Assembly (NCBI RefSeq): GCF_009914755.1
Contig: NC_060940.1
Reading direction: 5' to 3' (one strand)
DNA: 64,000 nt
DNA from: the human T2T-CHM13v2.0 reference genome, Homo sapiens
The notes beneath the pieces are model-generated. The model was not told the origin of the DNA, did no database searches, and saw nothing but the letters and a program-made list of their open reading frames with translations. Shown piece after piece: positions 11,201-23,800 of the stretch. Every line of letters begins with the position of its first letter. Within the stretch, counting starts at the first letter, position 1. Made by a program: the position numbers and the translations under genes.

Positions 11201-13194
11201 TCAGCAGTTTGGAAACACTCTGTTTGGAAAGTCTGCACGTGGATATTTTGACCTCTTTGAGGCCTTCGTTGGAAACGGGTTTTTTTCATGTAAGGCTAGA
11301 CAGAAGAAATCTCAGTAACTTCCTTGTGTTGTGTGTATTCAACTGACAGAGTTGAACCTTCCTTTTAGACAGAGCAGATTCGAAACACTCTTTTTCTGCA
11401 ATTTGCAAGTGGAGACTTCAAGCGCTTTGAGGCCAAAGGCAGAAAAGGAAATATCTTCGTATAAAAACCCGACAGAATCATTCTCAGAAACTGCTCTGTG
11501 ATGTGTGCGTTCAACTCACAGAGTTTAACTTTTCTTTTCATTCAACGGTTTGGAAACACTCTGTTTGTAAAGTCTGCAAGTGGATATCTTGGCCTCTTAG
11601 AGGCCTTCGTTGGAAACGGGTTTTTTCATTTAAGGTTAGACAGAGGAATTCCCAGTAACTTCCTTGTGTTGTGTGCATTCAACTCACAGAGTTGAATGAT
11701 TCTTTACACAGAGCAGATTTGAGACACTCTTTTGGTGGAATTTGTAAGTGGAGAATTCAGCCGCTTTGAGGTCAACGGTAGAAAAGGAAATATCTTCGTA
11801 TAAAATCTAGACAGAATGATTCTCAGAAACTGTTTTTTGATGTGTGCGTTCAACTCACAGAGTTTAACCTTTCTTTTCAAAGAGCAGTTAGGAAACACTC
11901 TGTTTGTAAAGTCTGCAAGTGGATATTCAGACCTCTTTGAGGCCTTCGTTGGAAACGGGATTTCTTCATATTATGCTAGACAGATGAATTCTCAGTAACT
12001 TCCTTGTGTTGTGTGTATTCAACTCACAGAGTTGAACGATCCTTTACACAGAGCAGATTTGAAACATTGTTTTTCTGGAAATTGCAAGTGGAGATTTCAG
12101 CCGCTTTGAGGTCAATGGTAGAAAAGGAAATATCTTCGTATAAAAACTAGACAGAATGATTCTCAGAAACTCCTTTGTGATGTGTGCGTTCAACTCACAG
12201 AGTTTAACCTTTCTTTTCACAGAGCAGTTAGGAAACACTCTGTTTGTGAAGCCTGCCAGTGGATATTCGGACCTCTTTGAGGCCTTCGTTGGAAACGGGA
12301 TTTCTTCATATTATGCTAGACAGAAGATTTCTCAGTAACTTCTTTGTGTTGTGTGTATGCAACTTACAGAGTTCAACCTTCCTTTAGAGAGAGCATATTT
12401 GAAACACTCTTTTTGTGGAATTTGCAAGTGGAGATTTCAAGCGCTTCGATGCAAATGGTAGAAAAGGAAATATCTTCGTAGAAAAACAAGACAAACTCGT
12501 TCCCAGACACTGCGTAGTGATGTGTGTGTTTAACTCACAGAGTTTAACCTTTCTTTTCATACAGCATTCTGGAAACCCTGTGTTTGTAAAGTCTGCAAGT
12601 GGATATTTGGACCTCTTAGATGCCTTCGTTGGAAACGGGATTTCTTCATATAATGCTAGAGGGAAGAATTGTTAGTAACTTCTTTGTGTTGTGTGTATTC
12701 AACTGACAGAGTTGAACCTTCCTTTAGACAGAGCAGATTTGAAAGTCTCTTTTTGTGGAATTTGCAAGTGGAGATTTCAAGCGCTTTGAGGCCAAAAGCA
12801 GAAAAGGAAATATTTTCCTATAAAAACTCGACAGAATCATTCTCAGAAACTGCTCTGTGATGTGTGCGTTCAACTCACAGAGTTTAACTTTTCTTTTCAT
12901 TCAGCAGTTTGGAAACACTGTTTGGAAAGTCTGCACGTGGATATTTTGACCTCTTTGAGGCCTTCGTTGGAAACGGGTTTTTTTCATGTAAGGCTAGACA
13001 GAAGAAATCTCAGTAACTTCCTTGTGTTGTGTGTATTCAACTGACAGAGTTGAACCTTCCTTTAGACAGAGCAGATTCGAAACACTCTTTTTCTGCAATT
13101 TGCAAGTGGAGACTTCAAGCGCTTTGAGGCCAAAGGCAGAAAAGGAAATATCTTCGTATAAAAACCCGACAGAATCATTCTCAGAAACTGCTCT

Positions 13195-14891
13195 GTGATG
13201 TGTGCGTTCAACTCACAGAGTTTAACTTTTCTTTTCATTCAGCAGTTTGGAAACACTCTGTTTGTAAAGTCTGCAAGTGGATATCTTGGCCTCTTAGAGG
13301 CCTTCGTTGGAAACGGGTTTTTTCATGTAAGGATAGACAGAGGAATTCCCAGTAACTTCCTTGTGTTGTGTGCATTCAACTCACAGAGTTGAATGATTCT
13401 TTACACAGAGCAGATTTGAGACACTCTTTGGGTGGCATTTGTAAGTGGAGAATTCAGCCGCTTTGAGGTCAACGGTAGAAAAGGAAATATCTTCGTATAA
13501 AATCTAGACAGAATGATTCTCAGAAACTGTTTTTTGATGTGTGCGTTCAACTCACAGAGTTTAACCTTTCTTTTCAGAGAGCAGTTAGGAAACACTCTGT
13601 TTGTAAAGTCTGCAAGTGGATATTCAGACCTCTTTGAGGCCTTCGTTGGAAACGGGATTTCTTCATATTATGCTAGACAGATGAATTCTCAGTAACTTCC
13701 TTGTGTTGTGTGTATTCAACTCACAGAGTTGAACGATCCTTTACACAGAGCAGATTTGAAACACTGTTTTTCTGGAATTTGCAAGTGGAGATTTCAGCCG
13801 CTTTGAGGTCAATGGTAGAAAAGGAAATATCTTCGTATAAAAACTAGACAGAATGATTCTCAGAAACTCCTTTGTGATGTGTGCGTTCAACTCACAGAGT
13901 TTAACCTCTCTTTTCACAGAGCAGTTAGGAAACACTCTGTTTGTGAAGCCTGCCAGTGGATAATCGGACCTCTTTGAGGCCTTCGTTGGAAACGGGATTT
14001 CTTCATATTATGCTAGACAGAAGATTTCTCAGTAACTTCTTTGTGTTGTGTGTATGCAACTTACAGAGTTCAACCTTCCTTTAGAGAGAGCATATTTGAA
14101 ACACTCTTTTTGTGGAATTTGCAAGTGGAGATTTCAAGCGCTTCGATGCAAATGGTAGAAAAGGAAATATCTTCGTAGAAAAACAAGACAAACTCGTTCC
14201 CAGACACTGCGTAGTGATGTGTGTGTTTAACTCACAGAGTTTAACCTTTCTTTTCATACAGCATTCTGGAAACCCTGTGTTTGTAAAGTCTGCAAGTGGA
14301 TATTTGGACCTTTTAGATGCCTTCGTTGGAAACGGGATTTCTTCATATAATGCTAGAGGGAAGAATTCTTAGTAACTTCTTTGTGTTGTGTGTATTCAAC
14401 TGACAGAGTTGAACCTTCCTTTAGACAGAGCAGATTTGAAAGTCTCTTTTTGTGGAATTTGCAAGTGGAGATTTCAAGCGCTTTGAGGCCAAAAGCAGAA
14501 AAGGAAATATTTTCCTATAAAAACTCGACAGAATCATTCTCAGGAACTGCTCTGTGATGTGTGCGTTCAACTCACAGAGTTTAACTTTTCTTTTCATTCA
14601 GCAGTTTGGAAACACTGTTTGGAAAGTCTGCACGTGGATATTTTGACCTCTTTGAGGCCTTCGTTGGAAACGGGTTTTTTTCATGTAAGGCTAGACAGAA
14701 GAAATCTCAGTAACTTCCTTGTGTTGTGTGTATTCAACTGACAGAGTTGAACCTTCCTTTAGACAGAGCAGATTCGAAACACTCTTTTTCTGCAATTTGC
14801 AAGTGGAGACTTCAAGCGCTTTGAGGCCAAAGGCAGAAAAGGAAATATCTTCGTATAAAAACCCGACAGAATCATTCTCAGAAACTGCTCT
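13195..14891 (+). repeat. Representative 10-mer HOR, 1697 bp ('X' family, 2-bp deletion in dimer E)
   Basis: Has aaacactgtttgg instead of aaacactctgtttgg, plus linked variants tttgggtgg, aaatctagac, aacttacag, gagagagcatatt, gatgcaaatgg and ccctgtgttt. Confidence 0.93.
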
Positions 14892-17800
14892 GTGATGTGT
14901 GCGTTCAACTCACAGAGTTTAACTTTTCTTTTCATTCAGCAGTTTGGAAACACTCTGTTTGTAAAGTCTGCCAGTGGATATCTTGGCCTCTTAGAGGCCT
15001 TCGTTGGAAACGGGTTTTTTCATGTAAGGTTAGACAGAGGAATTCCCAGTAACTTCCTTGTGTTGTGTGCATTCAACTCACAGAGTTGAATGATTCTTTA
15101 CACAGAGCAGATTTGAGACACTCTTTTGGTGGAATTTGTAAGTGGAGAATTCAGCCGCTTTGAGGTCAACGGTAGAAAAGGAAATATCTTCGTATAAAAA
15201 CTAGACAGAATGATTCTCAGAAACTGTTTTGTGATGTGTGCGTTCAACTCACAGAGTTTAACCTTTCTTTTCAAAGAGCAGTTAGGAAACACTCTGTTTG
15301 TAAAGTCTGCAAGTGGATATTCAGACCTCTTTGAGGCCTTCGTTGGAAACGGGATTTCTTCATATTATGCTAGACAGATGAATTCTCAGTAACTTCCTTG
15401 TGTTGTGTGTATTCAACTCACAGAGTTGAACGATCCTTTACACAGAGCAGATTTGAAACACTGTTTTTCTGGAATTTGCAAGTGGAGATTTCAGCCGCTT
15501 TGAGGTCAATGGTAGAAAAGGAAATATCTTCGTATAAAAACTAGACAGAATGATTCTCAGAAACTCCTTTGTGATGTGTGCGTTCAACTCACAGAGTTTA
15601 ACCTTTCTTTTCACAGAGCAGTTAGGAAACACTCTGTTTGTGAAGCCTGCCAGTGGATATTCGGACCTCTTTGAGGCCTTCGTTGGAAACGGGATTTCTT
15701 CGTATTATGCTAGACAGAAGATTTCTCAGTAACTTCTTTGTGTTGTGTGTATGCAACTCACAGAGTTCAACCTTCCTTTAGACAGAGCAGATTTGAAACA
15801 CTCTTTTTGTGGAATTTGCAAGTGGAGATTTCAAGCGCTTCGATGCCAATGGTAGAAAAGGAAATATCTTCGTATAAAAACAAGACAAACTCGTTCCCAG
15901 ACACTGCGTAGTGATGTGTGTGTTTAACTCACAGAGTTTAACCTTTCTTTTCATACAGCATTCTGGAAACCCTCTGTTTGTAAAGTCTGCAAGTGGATAT
16001 TTGGACCTCTTAGATGCCTTCGTTGGAAACGGGATTTCTTCATATAATGCTAGAGGGAAGAATTCTTAGTAACTTCTTTGTGTTGTGTGTATTCAACTGA
16101 CAGAGTTGAACCTTCCTTTAGACAGAGCAGATTTGAAAGTCTCTTTTTGTGGAATTTGCAAGTGGAGATTTCAAGCGCTTTGAGGCCAAAAGCAGAAAAG
16201 GAAATATTTTCCTATAAAAACTCGACAGAATCTTTCTCAGAAACTGCTCTGGGATGTGTGCGTTCAACTCACAGAGTTTAACTTTTCTTTTCATTCAGCA
16301 GTTTGGAAACACTCTGTTTGGAAAGTCTGCACGTGGATATTTTGACCTCTTTGAGGCCTTCGTTGGAAACGGGTTTTTTTCATGTAAGGCTAGACAGAAG
16401 AAATCTCAGTAACTTCCTTGTGTTGTGTGTATTCAACTGACAGAGTTGAACCTTCCTTTAGACAGAGCAGATTCGAAACACTTTTTTTCTGCAATTTGCA
16501 AGTGGAGACTTCAAGCGCTTTGAGGCCAAAGGCAGAAAAGGAAATATCTTCGTATAAAAACCCGACAGAATCATTCTCAGAAACTGCTCTGTGATGTGTG
16601 CGTTCAACTCACAGAGTTTAACTTTTCTTTTCATTCAGCAGTTTGGAAACACTCTGTTTGTAAAGTCTGCAAGTGGATATCTTGGCCTCTTAGAGGCCTT
16701 CGTTGGAAGCGGGTTTTTTCATGTAAGGATAGACAGAGGAATTCCCAGTAACTTCCTTGTGTTGTATGCATTCAACTCACAGAGTTGAATGATTCTTTAC
16801 ACAGAGCAGATTTGAGACACTCTTTTGGTGGAATTTGTAAGTGGAGAATTCAGCCGCTTTGAGGTCAACGGTAGAAAAGGAAATATCTTCGTATAAAAAC
16901 TAGAAAGAATGATTCTCAGAAACTGTTTTGTGATGTGTGCTTTCAACTCACAGAGTTTAACCTTTCTTTTCAAAGAGCAGTTAGGAAACACTCTGTTTGT
17001 AAAGTCTGCAAGTGGATATTCAGACCTCTTTGAGGCCTTCGTTGGAAACGGGATTTCTTCATATTATGCTAGACAGATGAATTCTCAGTAACTTCCTTGT
17101 GTTGTGTGTATTCAACTCACAGAGTTAAACGATCCTTTACACAGAGCAGATTTGAAACACTGTTTTTCTGGAATTTGCAAGTGGAGATTTCAGCCGCTTT
17201 GAGGTCAATGGTAGAAAAGGAAATATCTTCGTATAAAAACTAGACAGAATGATTCTCAGAAACTCCTTTGTGATGTGTGCGTTCAACTCACAGAGTTTAA
17301 CCTTTCTTTTCACAGAGCAGTTAGGAAACACTCTGTTTGTGAAGCCTGCCAGTGGATATTCGGACCTCTTTGAGGCCTTCGTTGGAAACGGGATTTCTTC
17401 ATATTATGCTAGACAGAAGATTTCTCAGTAACTTCTTTGTGTTGTGTGTATGCAACTCACAGAGTTCAACCTTCCTTTAGACAGAGCAGATTTGAAACAC
17501 TCTTTTTGTGGAATTTGCAAGTGGAGATTTCAAGCGCTTCGATGCCAATGGTAGAAAAGGAAATATCTTCGTATAAAAACAAGACAAACTCGTTCCCAGA
17601 CACTGCGTAGTGATGTGTGTGTTTAACTCACAGAGTTTCACCTTTCTTTTCATACAGCATTCTGGAAACCCTGTGTTTGTAAAGTCTGCAAGTGGATATT
17701 TGGACCTCTTAGATGCCTTCGTTGGAAACGGGATTTCTTCATATAATGCTAGAGGGAAGAATTCTTAGTAACTTCTTTGTGTTGTGTGTATTCAACTGAC

Positions 17801-20800
17801 AGAGTTGAACCTTCCTTTAGACAGAGCAGATTTGAAAGTCTCTTTTTGTGGAATTTGCAAGTGGAGATTTCAAGCGCTTTGAGGCCAAAAGCAGAAAAGG
17901 AAATATTTTCCTATAAAAACTCGACAGAATCTTTCTCAGAAACTGCTCTGGGATGTGTGCGTTCAACTCACAGAGTTTAACTTTTCATTCAGCAGTTTGG
18001 AAACACTCTGTTTGGAAAGTCTGCACGTGGATATTTTGACCTCTTTGAGGCCTTCGTTGGAAACGGGTTTTTTTCATGTAAGGCTAGACAGAAGAAATCT
18101 CAGTAACTTCCTTGTGTTGTGTGTATTCAACTGACAGAGTTGAACCTTCCTTTAGACAGAGCAGATTCGAAACACTCTTTTTCTGCAATTTGCAAGTGGA
18201 GACTTCAAGCGCTTTGAGGCCAAAGGCAGAAAAGGAAATATCTTCGTATAAAAACCCGACAGAATCATTCTCAGAAACTGCTCTGTGATGTGTGCGTTCA
18301 ACTCACAGAGTTTAACTTTTCTTTTCATTCAGCAGTTTGGAAACACTCTGTTTGTAAAGTCTGCAAGTGGATATCTTGGCCTCTTAGAGGCCTTCGTTGG
18401 AAACGGGTTTTTTCATGTAAGGATAGACAGAGGAATTCCCAGTAACTTCCTTGTGTTGTGTGCATTCAACTCACAGAGTTGAATGATTCTTTACACAGAG
18501 CAGATTTGAGACACTCTTTTGGTGGAATTTGTAAGTGGAGAATTCAGCCGCTTTGAGGTCAACGGTAGAAAAGGAAATATCTTCGTATAAAAACTAGACA
18601 GAATGATTCTCAGAAACTGTTTTGTGATGTGTGCGTTCAACTCACAGAGTTTAACCTTTCTTTTCAAAGAGCAGTTAGGAAACACTCTGTTTGTAAAGTC
18701 TGCAAGTGGATATTCAGACCTCTTTGAGGCCTTCGTTGGAAACGGGATTTCTTCATATTATGCTAGACAGATGAATTCTCAGTAACTTCCTTGTGTTGTG
18801 TGTATTCAACTCACAGAGTTGAACGATCCTTTACACAGAGCAGATTTGAAACACTGTTTTTCTGGAATTTGCAAGTGGAGATTTCAGCCGCTTTGAGGTC
18901 AATGGTAGAAAAGGAAATATCTTCGTATAAAAACTGGACAGAATGATTCTCAGAAACTCCTTTGTGATGTGTGCGTTCAACTCACAGAGTTTAACCTTTC
19001 TTTTCACAGAGCAGTTAGGAAACACTCTGTTTGTGAAGCCTGCCAGTGGATATTCGGACCTCTTTGAGGCCTTCGTTGGAAACGGGATTTCTTCATATTA
19101 TGCTAGACAGAAGATTTCTCAGTAACTTCTTTGTGTTGTGTGTATGCAACTCACAGAGTTCAACCTTCCTTTAGACAGAGCAGATTTGAAACACTCTTTT
19201 TGTGGAATTTGCAAGTGGAGATTTCAAGCGCTTCGATGCCAATGGTAGAAAAGGAAATATCTTCGTAGAAAAACAAGACAAACTCGTTCCCAGACACTGC
19301 GTAGTGATGTGTGTGTTTAACTCACAGAGTTTAACCTTTCTTTTCATACAGCATTCTGGAAACCCTCTGTTTGTAAAGTCTGCAAGTGGATATTTGGACC
19401 TCTTAGATGCCTTCGTTGGAAACGGGATTTCTTCATATAATGCTAGAGGGAAGAATTCTTAGTAACTTCTTTGTGTTGTGTGTATTCAACTGACAGAGTT
19501 GAACCTTCCTTTAGACAGAGCAGATTTGAAAGTCTCTTTTTGTGGAATTTGCAAGTGGAGATTTCAAGCGCTTTGAGGCCAAAAGCAGAAAAGGAAATAT
19601 TTTCCTATAAAAATTAGACAGAATCTTTCTCAGAAACTGCTCTGGGATGTGTGCGTTCAACTCACAGAGTTTAACTTTTCTTTTCATTCAGCAGTTTGGA
19701 AACACTCTGTTTGGAAAGTCTGCACGTGGATATTTTGACCTCTTTGAGGCCTTCGTTGGAAACGGGTTTTTTTCATGTAAGGCTAGACAGAAGAAATCTC
19801 AGTAACTTCCTTGTGTTGTGTGTATTCAACTGACAGAGTTGAACCTTCCTTTAGACAGAGCAGATTCGAAACACTCTTTTTCTGCAATTTGCAAGTGGAG
19901 ACTTCAAGCGCTTTGAGGCCAAAGGCAGAAAAGGAAATATCTTCGTATAAAAACCCGACAGAATCATTCTCAGAAACTGCTCTGTGATGTGTGCGTTCAA
20001 CTCACAGAGTTTAACTTTTCTTTTCATTCAACGGTTTGGAAACACTCTGTTTGTAAAGTCTGCAAGTGGATATCTTGGCCTCTTAGAGGCCTTCGTTGGA
20101 AACGGGTTTTTTCATTTAAGGTTAGACAGAGGAATTCCCAGTAACTTCCTTGTGTTGTGTGCATTCAACTCACAGAGTTGAATGATTCTTTACACAGAGC
20201 AGATTTGAGACACTCTTTTGGTGGAATTTGTAAGTGGAGAATTCAGCCGCTTTGAGGTCAACGGTAGAAAAGGAAATATCTTCGTATAAAATCTAGACAG
20301 AATGATTCTCAGAAACTGTTTTTTGATGTGTGCGTTCAACTCACAGAGTTTAACCTTTCTTTTCAAAGAGCAGTTAGGAAACACTCTGTTTGTAAAGTCT
20401 GCAAGTGGATATTCAGACCTCTTTGAGGCCTTCGTTGGAAACGGGATTTCTTCATATTATGCTAGACAGATGAATTCTCAGTAACTTCCTTGTGTTGTGT
20501 GTATTCAACTCACAGAGTTGAACGATCCTTTACACAGAGCAGATTTGAAACATTGTTTTTCTGGAAATTGCAAGTGGAGATTTCAGCCGCTTTGAGGTCA
20601 ATGGTAGAAAAGGAAATATCTTCGTATAAAAACTAGACAGAATGATTCTCAGAAACTCCTTTGTGATGTGTGCGTTCAACTCACAGAGTTTAACCTTTCT
20701 TTTCACAGAGCAGTTAGGAAACACTCTGTTTGTGAAGCCTGCCAGTGGATATTCGGACCTCTTTGAGGCCTTCGTTGGAAACGGGATTTCTTCATATTAT

Positions 20801-23800
20801 GCTAGACAGAAGATTTCTCAGTAACTTCTTTGTGTTGTGTGTATGCAACTTACAGAGTTCAACCTTCCTTTAGAGAGAGCATATTTGAAACACTCTTTTT
20901 GTGGAATTTGCAAGTGGAGATTTCAAGCGCTTCGATGCAAATGGTAGAAAAGGAAATATCTTCGTAGAAAAACAAGACAAACTCGTTCCCAGACACTGCG
21001 TAGTGATGTGTGTGTTTAACTCACAGAGTTTAACCTTTCTTTTCATACAGCATTCTGGAAACCCTGTGTTTGTAAAGTCTGCAAGTGGATATTTGGACCT
21101 CTTAGATGCCTTCGTTGGAAACGGGATTTCTTCATATAATGCTAGAGGGAAGAATTGTTAGTAACTTCTTTGTGTTGTGTGTATTCAACTGACAGAGTTG
21201 AACCTTCCTTTAGACAGAGCAGATTTGAAAGTCTCTTTTTGTGGAATTTGCAAGTGGAGATTTCAAGCGCTTTGAGGCCAAAAGCAGAAAAGGAAATATT
21301 TTCCTATAAAAACTCGACAGAATCATTCTCAGAAACTGCTCTGTGATGTGTGCGTTCAACTCACAGAGTTTAACTTTTCTTTTCATTCAGCAGTTTGGAA
21401 ACACTGTTTGGAAAGTCTGCACGTGGATATTTTGACCTCTTTGAGGCCTTCGTTGGAAACGGGTTTTTTTCATGTAAGGCTAGACAGAAGAAATCTCAGT
21501 AACTTCCTTGTGTTGTGTGTATTCAACTGACAGAGTTGAACCTTCCTTTAGACAGAGCAGATTCGAAACACTCTTTTTCTGCAATTTGCAAGTGGAGACT
21601 TCAAGCGCTTTGAGGCCAAAGGCAGAAAAGGAAATATCTTCGTATAAAAACCCGACAGAATCATTCTCAGAAACTGCTCTGTGATGTGTGCGTTCAACTC
21701 ACAGAGTTTAACTTTTCTTTTCATTCAGCAGTTTGGAAACACTCTGTTTGTAAAGTCTGCAAGTGGATATCTTGGCCTCTTAGAGGCCTTCGTTGGAAAC
21801 GGGTTTTTTCATGTAAGGATAGACAGAGGAATTCCCAGTAACTTCCTTGTGTTGTGTGCATTCAACTCACAGAGTTGAATGATTCTTTACACAGAGCAGA
21901 TTTGAGACACTCTTTGGGTGGCATTTGTAAGTGGAGAATTCAGCCGCTTTGAGGTCAACGGTAGAAAAGGAAATATCTTCGTATAAAATCTAGACAGAAT
22001 GATTCTCAGAAACTGTTTTTTGATGTGTGCGTTCAACTCACAGAGTTTAACCTTTCTTTTCAGAGAGCAGTTAGGAAACACTCTGTTTGTAAAGTCTGCA
22101 AGTGGATATTCAGACCTCTTTGAGGCCTTCGTTGGAAACGGGATTTCTTCATATTATGCTAGACAGATGAATTCTCAGTAACTTCCTTGTGTTGTGTGTA
22201 TTCAACTCACAGAGTTGAACGATCCTTTACACAGAGCAGATTTGAAACACTGTTTTTCTGGAATTTGCAAGTGGAGATTTCAGCCGCTTTGAGGTCAATG
22301 GTAGAAAAGGAAATATCTTCGTATAAAAACTAGACAGAATGATTCTCAGAAACTCCTTTGTGATGTGTGCGTTCAACTCACAGAGTTTAACCTCTCTTTT
22401 CACAGAGCAGTTAGGAAACACTCTGTTTGTGAAGCCTGCCAGTGGATAATCGGACCTCTTTGAGGCCTTCGTTGGAAACGGGATTTCTTCATATTATGCT
22501 AGACAGAAGATTTCTCAGTAACTTCTTTGTGTTGTGTGTATGCAACTTACAGAGTTCAACCTTCCTTTAGAGAGAGCATATTTGAAACACTCTTTTTGTG
22601 GAATTTGCAAGTGGAGATTTCAAGCGCTTCGATGCAAATGGTAGAAAAGGAAATATCTTCGTAGAAAAACAAGACAAACTCGTTCCCAGACACTGCGTAG
22701 TGATGTGTGTGTTTAACTCACAGAGTTTAACCTTTCTTTTCATACAGCATTCTGGAAACCCTGTGTTTGTAAAGTCTGCAAGTGGATATTTGGACCTTTT
22801 AGATGCCTTCGTTGGAAACGGGATTTCTTCATATAATGCTAGAGGGAAGAATTCTTAGTAACTTCTTTGTGTTGTGTGTATTCAACTGACAGAGTTGAAC
22901 CTTCCTTTAGACAGAGCAGATTTGAAAGTCTCTTTTTGTGGAATTTGCAAGTGGAGATTTCAAGCGCTTTGAGGCCAAAAGCAGAAAAGGAAATATTTTC
23001 CTATAAAAACTCGACAGAATCATTCTCAGGAACTGCTCTGTGATGTGTGCGTTCAACTCACAGAGTTTAACTTTTCTTTTCATTCAGCAGTTTGGAAACA
23101 CTGTTTGGAAAGTCTGCACGTGGATATTTTGACCTCTTTGAGGCCTTCGTTGGAAACGGGTTTTTTTCATGTAAGGCTAGACAGAAGAAATCTCAGTAAC
23201 TTCCTTGTGTTGTGTGTATTCAACTGACAGAGTTGAACCTTCCTTTAGACAGAGCAGATTCGAAACACTCTTTTTCTGCAATTTGCAAGTGGAGACTTCA
23301 AGCGCTTTGAGGCCAAAGGCAGAAAAGGAAATATCTTCGTATAAAAACCCGACAGAATCATTCTCAGAAACTGCTCTGTGATGTGTGCGTTCAACTCACA
23401 GAGTTTAACTTTTCTTTTCATTCAGCAGTTTGGAAACACTCTGTTTGTAAAGTCTGCCAGTGGATATCTTGGCCTCTTAGAGGCCTTCGTTGGAAACGGG
23501 TTTTTTCATGTAAGGTTAGACAGAGGAATTCCCAGTAACTTCCTTGTGTTGTGTGCATTCAACTCACAGAGTTGAATGATTCTTTACACAGAGCAGATTT
23601 GAGACACTCTTTTGGTGGAATTTGTAAGTGGAGAATTCAGCCGCTTTGAGGTCAACGGTAGAAAAGGAAATATCTTCGTATAAAAACTAGACAGAATGAT
23701 TCTCAGAAACTGTTTTGTGATGTGTGCGTTCAACTCACAGAGTTTAACCTTTCTTTTCAAAGAGCAGTTAGGAAACACTCTGTTTGTAAAGTCTGCAAGT

